A stretch of 64,000 nt of DNA from an uncultured delta proteobacterium (GTDB lineage Bacteria; Myxococcota; Myxococcia; Myxococcales; Anaeromyxobacteraceae): the NCBI GenBank assembly GCA_963766715.1, contig CAVYBH010000015.1, positions 32,001 through 96,000 of the forward strand. Reading direction: 5' to 3'. How positions within the stretch are numbered: the stretch's first letter is position 1; every line of letters starts with the position of its first letter. The position numbers were made by a program, and so were the translations under genes. Below, in pieces: positions 1 through 9,791 of the stretch. The notes under the pieces were generated by a model. The model was not told the origin of the DNA. It saw only the letters and a program-made list of their open reading frames with translations, and made no database searches.

Positions 1-302
1 GATCGGGCGCGTGGTCGGGCCAGTGGCGCTCGTACCAGTCCAGCGCGGCGGCGGTCCCGTCGTGCTCGGCGGCGTGCTCGACGGCGCGCATGAGATTCGA
101 ACTGCGTGGCCGGCACGAGGTCCACCAGCTGCTCGTGGGCGCCCCATCCCCGGTCCACCATGGCGAGCATCTCGGCACTCGGGGACTTGTCCTCCGATAG
201 CCCGCGCGCCACGCGGGCGAACATCTGGGCGAGCTCGACGGCACGCTCCAGGGTTACCTGCAGGGAGGGGTTCGCCGCTTTACTGGGAAGGTCGACGTGC
301 AT
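1..302 (-). CDS. Hypothetical protein, 3' end outside window; probable 1-nt insertion at ~95
   Basis: ATG at 302 preceded by GGAGGAAGCC RBS. Reads MHVDLPSKAANPSLQVTLERAVELAQMF...; removing one base from GAATC (94-98) restores a GC3-rich frame DLMRAVEHAAEHDGTAAALDWYERHW. Confidence 0.55.
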   Translation of the reverse strand, partial: MHVDLPSKAANPSLQVTLERAVELAQMFARVARGLSEDKSPSAEMLAMVDRGWGAHEQLVDLVPATQFESHARRRARRRARRDRRRAGLVRAPLARPRAR

Positions 303-1059
303 GGCTTCCTCCGGGTTGGGCCTCCTCGAGGACCTGGTCGACGAGCCGCTCCATGCTCTGGCGGTGGGAGCCGGCCCAGTAGACGCGCCCACAGGACGGG
401 CAACGACGATACGCATCGTGGCGCTCGCGGACGCGCGGTGGGAGGCCTCCCGCGACGTCCTCCTTCCGGACCGCCTCGAGGAGCGCGTTGCAGCGAAGGC
501 AGCGCGAGAACGGAGCGATGGAGCGAGCCAGGTCGAATCGGCGGACGACCTCCGGCAGCTGGCGCCGGGGTTCGAGCTCCCGCACGTAGTATCCGCGGGT
601 CACCCTGCGACGCTTGAGCAGGCCCAGATTGCGGGTGAGGACGATCCGGTCCTGGGCCGCGGCGACCTGGGCGATCTCCTCGTCGCACGCATCCCGCTGC
701 CAGGCCGTGTCGAGGCCGAGCATCCGGAGGTGGCGCGCGAGGCGTCCGAGGTGTCCGTCGGCCACGAAGCGGATCTCGCGGAGGGAAGCGGGCCGGACGC
801 GGGCGACCGGCCCGACGTCGATGGAGCGGAAGACGGGATAGACGCTCACCCGAGCCCCGTCCCGGAGGATCCACGAGAAGTCCACGGGTTCGCCATCCGC
901 GAGGAGGAGCTCGACCTCGGTGTGCGGGACGCCCAGCGACTCGACGACGTCCTTGACGGACGGGCCTCCCTGGAACTCGCAGGGGAAGGTCACGCCCCGA
1001 CGGGCCCGCGGGAGGAAGTCCCCCAGCTCCGCGTAGAACCGGAACTCGGCACGCTTCAC
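280..1059 (-). CDS. Mut7-C RNase domain protein with N-terminal ubiquitin-like domain
   Basis: FRFYAEL...SVKDVVESLGVPHTEV (Ub-Mut7C); RFVADGHLGRLARHLRMLGLDT; RIVLTR; Zn ribbon RCLRCN...RCPSCGRVYWAGSH. Confidence 0.92.
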   Translation of the reverse strand: MKRAEFRFYAELGDFLPRARRGVTFPCEFQGGPSVKDVVESLGVPHTEVELLLADGEPVDFSWILRDGARVSVYPVFRSIDVGPVARVRPASLREIRFVADGHLGRLARHLRMLGLDTAWQRDACDEEIAQVAAAQDRIVLTRNLGLLKRRRVTRGYYVRELEPRRQLPEVVRRFDLARSIAPFSRCLRCNALLEAVRKEDVAGGLPPRVRERHDAYRRCPSCGRVYWAGSHRQSMERLVDQVLEEAQPGGSHARRPSQ

Positions 1060-1232
1060 GCTGCGACCCCCCGTCTTCAGCCTCCACGGTACGCCCTCTC
1101 GAGGGCCTCGGATTGGCCCCTTCCGGAGTCATCCCAACGCCGCAACCCCGACGACCGGCGGACCGGCGGCTCCAGGACCGGTGCGGCGCCTTACCCTTCC
1201 GGTGGATGGGCAAGTGTCGCAGGGGGTGCGCC

Positions 1233-1688
1233 ATGGCCGTCTGGAAGCGGATTTGCTGCCCGGTGGATGACTCGAACGCGTCTCGCACCGCACTCGTCGA
1301 GGCCGCGGAGCTCGCCCGTCGCATCGACGGCGAGCTGACGGTCGTCCGCGTCACGGAGATCGAGCCGGCCGCGGTGACGTTCGATGCCCCGCCCGTGATC
1401 TCCCGCCAGGAGGCCGGCGAGGCCAGGCGAGAGCTGGACCGCTGGGTGGGGGACGCGGCTGCGATCGCTCCCGGACGGGTTCGCGGTGAGTTGCTCTCGG
1501 GCGAGCCGGCCACCGCGATTGTCCAGTTCCTCCGCAACGGACGGTTCGACCTGGTGGCCATGGGCACCCATGGCAGGAAGGGGGTCGAGCGCCTGGTGCT
1601 CGGATCCGTGACGGAGCGGGTCGTGCGGGAGGCGCCGTGCTCGGTGCTCGTGGTCCGCCCGGAGCGCTTCGACTCGGAACCCGACTGA
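1233..1688 (+). CDS. Universal stress protein (UspA family)
   Basis: WKRICCPVDDS; DLVAMGTHGRKGVERLVLGSVTERVVREAPCSVLVV; ATG at 1233. Confidence 0.93.
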   Translation: MAVWKRICCPVDDSNASRTALVEAAELARRIDGELTVVRVTEIEPAAVTFDAPPVISRQEAGEARRELDRWVGDAAAIAPGRVRGELLSGEPATAIVQFLRNGRFDLVAMGTHGRKGVERLVLGSVTERVVREAPCSVLVVRPERFDSEPD

Positions 1689-1709
1689 GCGCCTGGAGCG
1701 GCAGGCGGA

Positions 1710-2705
1710 TCAGGCCGCTGCGACCGTCACGACGACGTTTCCCCGCTTGTGCCCCGTGTCGACGTGGCGGTGGGCCTCGACCATCTCGTCGAACCGGTAG
1801 CGACGATCGATGACCGGCCTGTAGTGGCCGGCCTCGGCGAGGCTCGCCAGGAGACGCAGGTCCTCGACGCTCCAGCTCGCCACGCCTCCGATGATCTTCT
1901 TCGTCGACGTGAGTGACACCCAGGGAGCCCGAAGCATCTCGGGGAGCGTACCGAGGACCACGAGCAGCCGCCCCCCTTCGGTGAGCGAGCCCTCGCAGCG
2001 GGAGAACGGCGCGGTGCCGGCCGTGTCGACGATGACGTCGTAGCGCTCGCCGTTCCTCGTGAAGTCCTCCTTCGCGTAGTCGATCGCCCGATCGGCACCG
2101 ATGGACCGCACCAGCTCGAGGTTGGCTGCGCTGCACACGCCGGTCACGTGTGCCCCGAGGTGCCGGGCGAGCTGCACCGCGGCGGTCCCCACGCCGCCCG
2201 AGGCGCCGACGACCAGCACCTTCTCTCCGCGCTTCAGCTTCGCCTTCCGGAAGAAGCTGAGCGCGGTCGTGCCGCCGAAGGAAAGGGCCGCCGCCTCCTC
2301 GTGGCTCAGGTTGGCCGGCTTGATCGCCACGGCCTCGTCTTTCCGCCCGTGCCCCTCCTCGGGGAGGCACCGGTACTCGACGTGGCAGCCCATGCGCGTG
2401 CCGGTGAAGCCGAAGACCGGGTCGCCCACCTGGAACCGGGTGACGGCTTCCCCGACCGCCTCGATCTCCCCGGAAAGTTCCGCTCCGAGGATTGGCTGTC
2501 GTGGCCTGGAGAAGCCCAGGGCGAGTCGCGAGAGGAGCCCGAATCCTCTCGGGAGCTCGAGGCTGCGAACCCGCCAATCGCCCGCCGTGACCGTCGTCGC
2601 ATGGATCCGGACGAGGACCTCGTGGCCCCCGGGAACGGGCTTGGGGAGCTCTCTCGACTGCAGGACCTCGGGAGGCCCGAACCTGTCGTACGTGTAGGCC
2701 CTCAT
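1710..2705 (-). CDS. NAD(P)-dependent MDR-family oxidoreductase (quinone oxidoreductase-like, no Zn-ligand motif)
   Basis: GPPEVL, ILGAELSGEIEAVG, VLVVGASGGVGTAAVQLA, GHKRGNVVV. Confidence 0.92.
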   Translation of the reverse strand: MRAYTYDRFGPPEVLQSRELPKPVPGGHEVLVRIHATTVTAGDWRVRSLELPRGFGLLSRLALGFSRPRQPILGAELSGEIEAVGEAVTRFQVGDPVFGFTGTRMGCHVEYRCLPEEGHGRKDEAVAIKPANLSHEEAAALSFGGTTALSFFRKAKLKRGEKVLVVGASGGVGTAAVQLARHLGAHVTGVCSAANLELVRSIGADRAIDYAKEDFTRNGERYDVIVDTAGTAPFSRCEGSLTEGGRLLVVLGTLPEMLRAPWVSLTSTKKIIGGVASWSVEDLRLLASLAEAGHYRPVIDRRYRFDEMVEAHRHVDTGHKRGNVVVTVAAA

Positions 2706-3163
2706 GTTCTAGGCCCTCCCGTTCGCGACTGGCTGCTTCGGGACTGGGCCGGCCACGACAGGGTGAGGAGCAGCGCGCTCTCCGTCGGCGCTTGGACGCC
2801 GAAACCGGTGCCACCCTCGAGCGTCACGAGGTGCCCGGCCGGGATGTCGGTCAGGCCCTCGGGGAGCCGAAGCTCCAGGTGCCCGCGAAGGACGTGCAAG
2901 GAGATCCGGGCATCCGTGCTCGTCTCCGCGAGGCTTCCTCCCGCCCGGAAGAAGAGGAGGACCACGCGGAGGTCCGGGTACTTGACCAGGGTCACCGCGC
3001 TGTGACCCTCGACCTCGAGGGCCACGTCCCGGCGAAGCTCGCGCTCCATGGCCGGAAGGTCGAAGCGACCGACGCGGTCCTGCAGGTGATCCAGATGGGC
3101 CCGGACGACACCGGGCGCCGGCCGGACGAACCACACCCCACTCTCGGCCTGGGTCCTTGCCAT
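2702..3163 (-). CDS. Cupin-like protein
   Basis: SAVTLVKYPDLRVVLLFFRAGG...ISLHVLRGHL...GHLVTL...ALLLTL resembles a cupin barrel, but the usual His ligands look degenerate. GAGGAG RBS; 4-nt overlap with the MDR gene. Confidence 0.7.
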   Translation of the reverse strand: MARTQAESGVWFVRPAPGVVRAHLDHLQDRVGRFDLPAMERELRRDVALEVEGHSAVTLVKYPDLRVVLLFFRAGGSLAETSTDARISLHVLRGHLELRLPEGLTDIPAGHLVTLEGGTGFGVQAPTESALLLTLSWPAQSRSSQSRTGGPRT

Positions 3164-3241
3164 GTGCGTTCTCCTCGCGCCATCCATAGCGCTGGGGATC
3201 GCGCGCTGCAGCGGACGCGGGGTAATCGATCGTTCGGTGGA

Positions 3242-3628
3242 TCAGCCCCCCATCGCCTTCAACATGTGGTCCATCACGAGCGTATGCTCCTGCACGGGGC
3301 TGAACAGGATGACCTCGGCGTCCTTCACGACCCGCACGCTATGTCCGGGCGGCCAGTGGAAGAGGTCGCTCTCCTTGCAGGTCTCGACCTTGCCGTCGGT
3401 GTACGTGACCACCAGCTCCCCGGACAGCATGTAGCCCCAGTGCGGCGCCTGGCAGGCGTCGCCCTGGAGCCCCTTCAGGAGCGGCTGGATGTCGGTACCG
3501 GCGCCGAGGGAGAACCATTCGCCCCCCATCTTGCCGAAGCCCGTCGCATCTCCGAAGCCGGCGAGCTGGCGCGCCACGGCGCCCGGGACGTCGATCTTGG
3601 CGGGAATCCCGTCCTTGGAAACCTTCAT
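3242..3628 (-). CDS. Cupin domain protein
   Basis: CQAPHWGYMLSG...FHWPPGH...ILFSP cupin motifs; ATGA overlap with the upstream methyltransferase. Confidence 0.85.
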   Translation of the reverse strand: MKVSKDGIPAKIDVPGAVARQLAGFGDATGFGKMGGEWFSLGAGTDIQPLLKGLQGDACQAPHWGYMLSGELVVTYTDGKVETCKESDLFHWPPGHSVRVVKDAEVILFSPVQEHTLVMDHMLKAMGG

Positions 3629-4482
3629 GCTGGCCTCCCTCGGACGAGGACCACTTCGAGGTACTCGCCGGGCACGACCATCGTCGAGTCGCCCGAACGG
3701 TTGAACTGCCCGATCAGCTCCAGGAGGTCGCGCGTCAGGGCTCCCTGCCCCGCCGTGTCGAGCGCGGCAAAGGCCTTGAGCATCGGTCCGTAGTAGGTCC
3801 GGAAGACGTCCAGCCAGTGCTCCGGCGAACGGTAGCGAAAGACGAAGTACCGGACCTTCGCCTCGATGGCGCTCGCGTGCGCGGCGAACAGTTCCCCGAT
3901 CCGCTCGCGCTTGCCCCAGAGGGCAGGCGACCGGAGCCCGGCGGCCGGTGGCACGTACCTGCCGATGGTCCGGAAGAGCTGGCCGATGAATCCTTCCGGC
4001 GTCCAGCTGGCGAGGCCGATCTTCCCCCCGGGGGCGCAGACGCGGACGAGCTCTGCCGCCGCCTGCTCCTGGTTCGGGGTGAACATGACCCCGAAGGTCG
4101 ACAGGACGGCGTCGAAGGCGCCGTCCGGGAAGGGCAACGCCTCGGCGTCGGCCTCGCGGAAGGAGACGTCCAGGCGGTCGGCACCTGCCCTCTGGCCCGC
4201 GCGCGCGAGGAGAGCGGGAACGTAGTCGGTCGCGGTGACCTGGCACCACCGGCGGGCGGCCGCGAGCGATGCGTTGCCGTTGCCGGCAGCGACGTCGAGC
4301 ACCTTCTGGCCTGCGCGGAGGTCGAGGGCCTCGCAGAGCTCCTCCCCGACGATCTGCAGGGTGGTACCGACGACCGCGTAGTCTCCGGACGACCAGGCTG
4401 CCCGCTGGCGGTCCTTGATCTGGCCGAGGTCGGGGATGGCGGGGGGTGGCGATTGAACCGGCGTGGCGAGGGTCTTATCCAT
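3625..4482 (-). CDS. Class I SAM-dependent methyltransferase (UbiE/Methyltransf_11-like)
   Basis: VLDVAAGNG motif I; ADAEALPFPDGAFDAVLSTFGVMF; GGAGG RBS. Confidence 0.93.
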   Translation of the reverse strand: MDKTLATPVQSPPPAIPDLGQIKDRQRAAWSSGDYAVVGTTLQIVGEELCEALDLRAGQKVLDVAAGNGNASLAAARRWCQVTATDYVPALLARAGQRAGADRLDVSFREADAEALPFPDGAFDAVLSTFGVMFTPNQEQAAAELVRVCAPGGKIGLASWTPEGFIGQLFRTIGRYVPPAAGLRSPALWGKRERIGELFAAHASAIEAKVRYFVFRYRSPEHWLDVFRTYYGPMLKAFAALDTAGQGALTRDLLELIGQFNRSGDSTMVVPGEYLEVVLVRGRPA

Positions 4483-4546
4483 GGCGTTACCTCCACCCGA
4501 AGCCTAGGGAGGAGGCGTGGTCGCCAACGTGGAAGCCAGCGTGGAA

Positions 4547-6564
4547 ATGCGCGTGGAATCGGATGCCCCGCCCCGCCCGGCCGAGGACTGCCGGCTGCGC
4601 GTCCGGATGCTCGGCTCGCTGGAGCTCCGGAGGGACGGCACCATCCTGCCCCTGCCCGCATCGCGGAAGGTGAAGGCCCTCCTCGCCTACCTGGCCCTGG
4701 CGCCGCGCGGATCCCCCGGAGCCAGCTCTGCGAGCTTCTCTGGGACGTCCCGAACGATCCTCGCGGCGAGCTGCGCTGGTGCCTGAGCAAGATCCGGCGC
4801 CTCGTCGACGACGCGGATCGGCAGCGCCTCCTGGCCCGGGAGGACGCGGTGCAGCTGGACCTCGCGGGGTGCTTCGTCGACGCCGCCCAGATCCAGCGCG
4901 CCATGAAGGACGGCGCGGCGCCGCTCGACCCCGGCGAGGCGGCGGCGCTCGAGGCGCTGTTCGGCGGCGAGCTGCTCGAGGGTCTCGAGATGGAGCGCAG
5001 CCCTGCCTGCGCGGCGTGGCTGGCCGGACAGCGGCGACGCTTTCACGGCGCGCACGTGGCGCTCGTGGAACGGCTGGCGACGCAGGCAACCGGCGAGGAG
5101 GCCTTCCGATACCTGGAAAGGTGGCTCGAGCTCGAACCCTTCGACCGCCGCGCCCACGAGCTTCTCCTGGGCGCGCTCGCCCGGAGCGGCCGCATCCGGG
5201 AGGGTGAAGCGCATCTCCACGCCGCCGCCCGGCGGTTCGAGGAAGAGGGGCTCGACGCCGGCTTCATCCGCCGCGCGTGGCAATCGTTCCACGAGGGTCA
5301 GGTGGGCCCGGCGCTGGACGTGGCCCGCGCGCCCGAGGTGGCCGACCCGGGAGAAGACCGGGGCCACCTGAGCGCCCCTGCCCGACGGGCCTCCGTCGCC
5401 GTGATGCCTTTCCAGGAGTGGAACGACGGCGCCGATCGCCCCGGGTGGGCCGGCGCGCTCGCCCACGACGTGATCGTCCGCCTCGCCAAGCTGCGAAGCC
5501 TGTTCGTCATCGCCGAGGGCACGGTGTTCGCGTTGAAGGAGCGGCAGCTCTCCCCGGAGGCGTCCGGGCGCATGCTGAACGTCGACTACCTGGTCGCCGG
5601 GTCGATCCGGGTGCAGGGGAGCCGCCTGCTCGTCGAGGTCCAGCTGGACGAGACCCGGACCGCACGACTCGTCTGGAGCGAGCGCTTCGACCAGCCCCGG
5701 GACGAGGCCTTCGACGTGATCGAGGAGATCGGCAACCGGATCGTCGCCTCGATTGCCAGCGAGATCGAGGCCAACGAGCGAAACCGCGCGATCCTGAAGC
5801 CCCCGAGCTCGCTGGACGCGTGGGAGGCCTACCACCGTGGCCTGTGGCACATGTACCGCTTCACGAAGGCCGACAACGAGGCCGCACAGCGTTTCCTCGA
5901 GCAGGCGGTGTCCCTCGACCCGACCTTCTCCCGGGCCCACGCGGGCCTGTCCTTCACGCACTGGCAGAACGCCTTCCAGGGCTGGGCGGACCGCGAGCCG
6001 GAGATCGCCCGCGCGCTCGAGTCAGCCCGCCGGGGCATGCTGGTCGACGACCGCGACCCCGCCGTGCACTGGGCGCAGGGGCGTGCGCTCTGGCTTCGCG
6101 GCCTTCACGACCAGTCGGTCCTCGAGCTCCAGCAGGCCGTCGACCTCAGCCCGAACTTCGCCCAGGGCCACTACTCCCTGGCGTTCGTGCAGGCGCAGGC
6201 CGGCGATCCCCTGGCGGCCATCGCCGCGGCGGATCGCTCGCGCAGCCTGAGCCCCTTCGACCCGCTGCTCTTCGGGATGCTCGGCGCCCGCGCCATCGCG
6301 CTCGTGCGCCTGGGCCGGTATCCGGAGGCAGCCGAGGCCGCGACGCGGGCCGCGGCCCGCCCCAACGCGCACGCCCATATCTTCGCCGTCGCGGCCTTCA
6401 GCCTCGCCCTCCACGGGGCTCTCGAGGAAGCGCGCGCCCATGCGGCCGCGGCCTGGAGGCTTCTCCCCGGGTACAGGTTTGCCCACTTCCGCAACGCCTT
6501 CCGGCTCGATCAGGAAGGCGGGGCCCGTTTCGCGGAGGGTGCGCGCCGGATCGGGATGGCCTGA
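4547..6564 (+). CDS. SARP/BTAD-type transcriptional regulator with TolB_N-like and TPR domains; frameshift at ~4715
   Basis: LRVRMLGSLEL..SRKVKALLAYLAL [fs] RSQLCELLW..LRWCLSKIR; BTAD-like WLELEPFD; SVAVMPF..LFVIAEGT; TPR helices. Alternative start GTG 4517. Confidence 0.85.
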
Positions 6565-6567
6565 CGC

Positions 6568-7398
6568 ATGGCGCTCTTGCGGGAGGGGCGGGATCAGGAC
6601 GCCGTGATGGAGCGGAGCGTCGTCCTCGATGCCATGGGCGTCGCACACGAGGTCCAGCCGACGCCTGACGGGGGCTGGGCGCTCCTCGTCGAAGACGTGG
6701 ACGCCCCCGCCGCGGAGGCGGCCATCTCCGCCTGGGAAGCCGAGAACCCGCCGCGGCCCGCCCCGGTCGCGAGGCCGGACCCCGGGGGGTCGCTCGCCGG
6801 CGCGGTCGCGGGGCTGGCGATCCTCGCCTTCGCCGCGCTGGCCGGACTGGGCCCGGCGGGAAGCCTTTTCGCGCGGGGGAACGCCGACGCGGCGCGCATG
6901 CTCCAGGGCGAGTGGTGGCGCGCTGCGACCGCGCTCACGCTGCACGCCGACCTCGCCCACGTCGCCGCCAACGCCGTGGCGCTCGGCATCTTCCTCGGCG
7001 CGGTCGCGCGCCGGCTCGGCCCTGCCCTCGCCACCTGGCTGGCGCTCGCCGCCGGCGTCCTGGGGAACGTGCTCACGGCGCTCGTCCTGCGCGGCGGCCA
7101 CGTGTCCATCGGCGCCTCGACGGCGGTGTTCGGCGCGCTCGGCACGCTGAGCGCGCTCCAGGTGCCCCACCGGAGCGCCTGGCTCACGCTGGGCGCCGGA
7201 GCGGCCCTGCTCGGGCTCCTCGGCACCGGCGAGCGGGCCGACCTCCTGGCGCACCTCCTCGGATTCGCCGTCGGCGTGGTGGAGGGGCTGGCCTTTCGCC
7301 GGATGACCCCGCCGCCACGCTCGCTGCTCCAGCCGGCCATCGCGCTCCTGGCCGTCGCGCCCATCGCGTTCGCCTGGTGGCGAGCGCTCGCCCCGTGA
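6568..7398 (+). CDS. Rhomboid family intramembrane serine protease
   Basis: GEWWR, LHADLAHVAAN, SIGASTAVFG (catalytic Ser), AHLLG (catalytic His); multiple TM segments. Confidence 0.9.
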   Translation: MALLREGRDQDAVMERSVVLDAMGVAHEVQPTPDGGWALLVEDVDAPAAEAAISAWEAENPPRPAPVARPDPGGSLAGAVAGLAILAFAALAGLGPAGSLFARGNADAARMLQGEWWRAATALTLHADLAHVAANAVALGIFLGAVARRLGPALATWLALAAGVLGNVLTALVLRGGHVSIGASTAVFGALGTLSALQVPHRSAWLTLGAGAALLGLLGTGERADLLAHLLGFAVGVVEGLAFRRMTPPPRSLLQPAIALLAVAPIAFAWWRALAP

Positions 7399-7408
7399 GC
7401 TCGGCCCC

Positions 7409-7903
7409 TCAGGAGAGGACGGCGAGCTCCGGCCCGGCCGTCCGGGCGAACACCGGGAGGATGGGCTTGGAGAGCTGTGCGGCGCGACCGCCGCGGATGT
7501 AGCTCTCCAGCGAGTCGATCGACCACTGCTTCTCCTCCACCACCATCTTGACGAGGTCGAGCAGGGAGAGGATCCCGACGATCTCGCCACCCTCCACCAC
7601 CGCGAGGTGGCGGGTGTGGTGGGTCCGCATCATCTCGGCCGCCTCGCTCTCCGTGGCGCAGCAGGAGACGACCGCCGGGCAAGCCGGCATCGCCTTCAGG
7701 ATCGGGGTCGCCGCGGCGTTCCCGCCCTGGCTGGTGATGGCGAGCAGGTCGCGCTCGGTCACGATTCCCAGGAGCTTTCCGTCCTGGCGCACGCCCACGG
7801 CCCCGATACCGCGTTCGGCCATGAGGCGGGCGGCCTCGGCGCAGGTGGCGCCCAGGTCCAGGGAGACGACGGAGCGGACGACGTGGTTCGCGATGCAGGC
7901 CAT
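7409..7903 (-). CDS. Tandem CBS domain protein
   Basis: EAARLMAERGIGAV..LLGIVTERDL and EAAEMM..RHLAVVEGGEIVGILSLLDLVK; GAGGAG RBS. Confidence 0.9.
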   Translation of the reverse strand: MACIANHVVRSVVSLDLGATCAEAARLMAERGIGAVGVRQDGKLLGIVTERDLLAITSQGGNAAATPILKAMPACPAVVSCCATESEAAEMMRTHHTRHLAVVEGGEIVGILSLLDLVKMVVEEKQWSIDSLESYIRGGRAAQLSKPILPVFARTAGPELAVLS

Positions 7904-8009
7904 GGGTTCTCTCTCCTCGGGCCGGAGCGAAATGCCGGCGCGAGAGGCATCCTGCACCTGGACCGTCCGGAGCACATCGCGGGAGATCGGATGCGTCATC
8001 CATTTTTCT

Positions 8010-8047
8010 GATGGCTCGTCTTCATCGCATGGCATTGCTGTTATGGT
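8010..8047. promoter_or_regulatory. Putative LysR box (GATG-N9-CATC, T-N11-A) and extended -10 for leaderless lysR
   Basis: Inverted GATG (8010-8013) / CATC (8023-8026) between the divergent CBS and LysR genes; TGtTATGGT (8039-8047) lies 6 nt before ATG 8054. Confidence 0.5.
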
Positions 8048-8053
8048 CTGGCC

Positions 8054-8957
8054 ATGGGACGGATCGATCCGAGAAAGCTCGAGACCTTCCGCGTCGTCGC
8101 GCAGGCGCGCAAGGTGTCGACCGCCGCGAAGCTCCTCCACCTCTCCCAGCCGGCGGTCACGGCGCAGGTCCGCGCGCTGGAGGAGGAGTGCGGCCAGACG
8201 CTGCTCCTTCGCTCCTCGCGCGGGGTCACGCCCACCGACTGGGGCCTTCGCCTGCTCGAGGCGGCGAGGGACGTCCACGGCCTGCTCGAGACGCTCGAGA
8301 CGGACATGCGCGGCGAGCCCGCGATCGAGGAGGAGGTGGTGGTGGGCGCCTCGATGAACTCCGCCGCCTACGTCCTGCCGCCGCTCGTCGCGGGGTACCG
8401 GGCTCTCCACGCCCGCGTGCGCTTCCGGGTGCAGGTGAGCAACACGGCCAAGGTGCTCGAATGGGTCGCCGACCAGCGGGTGGCTCTCGGGCTCGTCGAG
8501 GCGCGGCAGCGCTCCCCGCGCGCCCACCTCGAGCGCTACCTCGACGACGAGGTCGTCGCGGTCGCAGCGACCTCCGCCCGCGACCTGTGCCGGGTGGCGC
8601 GCGCGGCGGACCTCGCGCACGTTCCGGTGCTCCTGCGGGAGCCGGGCTCCCACACCCGCGCCCTGGCGGAGGACGCCATCGCCAAGGCCACGGGGGGCAA
8701 GGTCGTCCTGCGCCCGGAGCTGGTGTTCGGGTCGAACCAGTCCATCAAGATGGCGGCGGTGGCGGGGCTCGGCGTCGCGTTCGTGTCGCGCTGGGCCGCG
8801 CAGGACCAGGTCGTCGCCGGTTCGCTCAAGAATCCTGCCGCTGCGGGACGTCCGCATGGTCCGCGCCTTCTCGTGGGCCACGGCCTCGCGCGAGCTGCAC
8901 AGCGGGGCGGGGCGATTCCTGGCCTGGGCGCGCCGGAACCCGCCGCCGAGGCCCTAG
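8054..8957 (+). CDS. LysR family transcriptional regulator (CysL-like); frameshift at ~8831
   Basis: LETFRVVA..AAKLLHLSQPAVTAQVRALEEECGQTLLLR HTH; REPGSHTR; the shifted frame ILPLRDVRMVRAFSW ends at TAG 8957. Confidence 0.9.
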
Positions 8958-9100
8958 GGGGCGCCGGGCGAGCGCACTCCGGGTCACGGCGCCGCACCCA
9001 CCCCGGAAGTCTTCGTGATGTCCGAGCGGGGGCGGCTGACGGCTTCCCGGAAGCCCGCGACGTAGACCTAGGTTGGACCCGCCCGTTGCGCGAACCTGGC

Positions 9101-9751
9101 CTAGCGTCTCCCCTGGGCCACCATCACGAGGTTGACGGCCACGGTCTCGACGTAGGTCGCGAGCAGGTGGTCCCCGACCTTGAGATTCTCCAGGCGGATC
9201 GTGGGGCCAGCCTTCACCTCGTAGACGTTGCCGCCCGGCTCCTGGAACGTGACCAGCCGCGCGGCCGGGTCAATCGCGGTGACGGTCACGGTGCCCTGGA
9301 CGCCCGCCGATTCGGAGACGCCGGGAGCCTGGTCCCGGTCGGTGCGATTGAGCGTCACGCCGGACTCCATCGGCACCGCCTTCGTGCCAGGGGCCTGGTA
9401 CTCGAGCTCGAGCGTCTGCTGGTAGTCGACGCGGATGACGTCGCCCACGGCGAACTCGGAGAGCCGGGCGACGTCGGGCGCCACCTGGATCGTCTGGGTC
9501 TGGCCCGACCGGCGCTTCAGGGTGAGGGTGCGGCTGGGCACGTTCAGGGCCACGATGGTGGCGGTGTCGGTCGCCAGGCGCGACGCGGTCGCCTTCCCGG
9601 GCGCACCCGTGCGGTTCACCTCGATCGAGCCCGCCTCGGGAGCGGGGGGCCTCTCGACGGGGAGCGGCATCTGAGGCAGCGGGCCCGGGGACTGGGCGCC
9701 AGCGGCGGACGCGGCGAGTGCGACGAGCGACGAGAAGAGCAGCTTCCTCAT
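9101..9751 (-). CDS. Exported hypothetical protein with two internal beta-rich repeats
   Basis: Signal peptide MRKLLFSSLVALAASAAGA; repeats ATIVALNVPSRTLTL...VGDVI and VTVTAIDPAARLVTF...LKVGDHL. Confidence 0.75.
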   Translation of the reverse strand: MRKLLFSSLVALAASAAGAQSPGPLPQMPLPVERPPAPEAGSIEVNRTGAPGKATASRLATDTATIVALNVPSRTLTLKRRSGQTQTIQVAPDVARLSEFAVGDVIRVDYQQTLELEYQAPGTKAVPMESGVTLNRTDRDQAPGVSESAGVQGTVTVTAIDPAARLVTFQEPGGNVYEVKAGPTIRLENLKVGDHLLATYVETVAVNLVMVAQGRR

Positions 9752-9791
9752 GGTGGATCTCCCTGCGAGCCGTCGAGGCGTCGCCTGTGGA

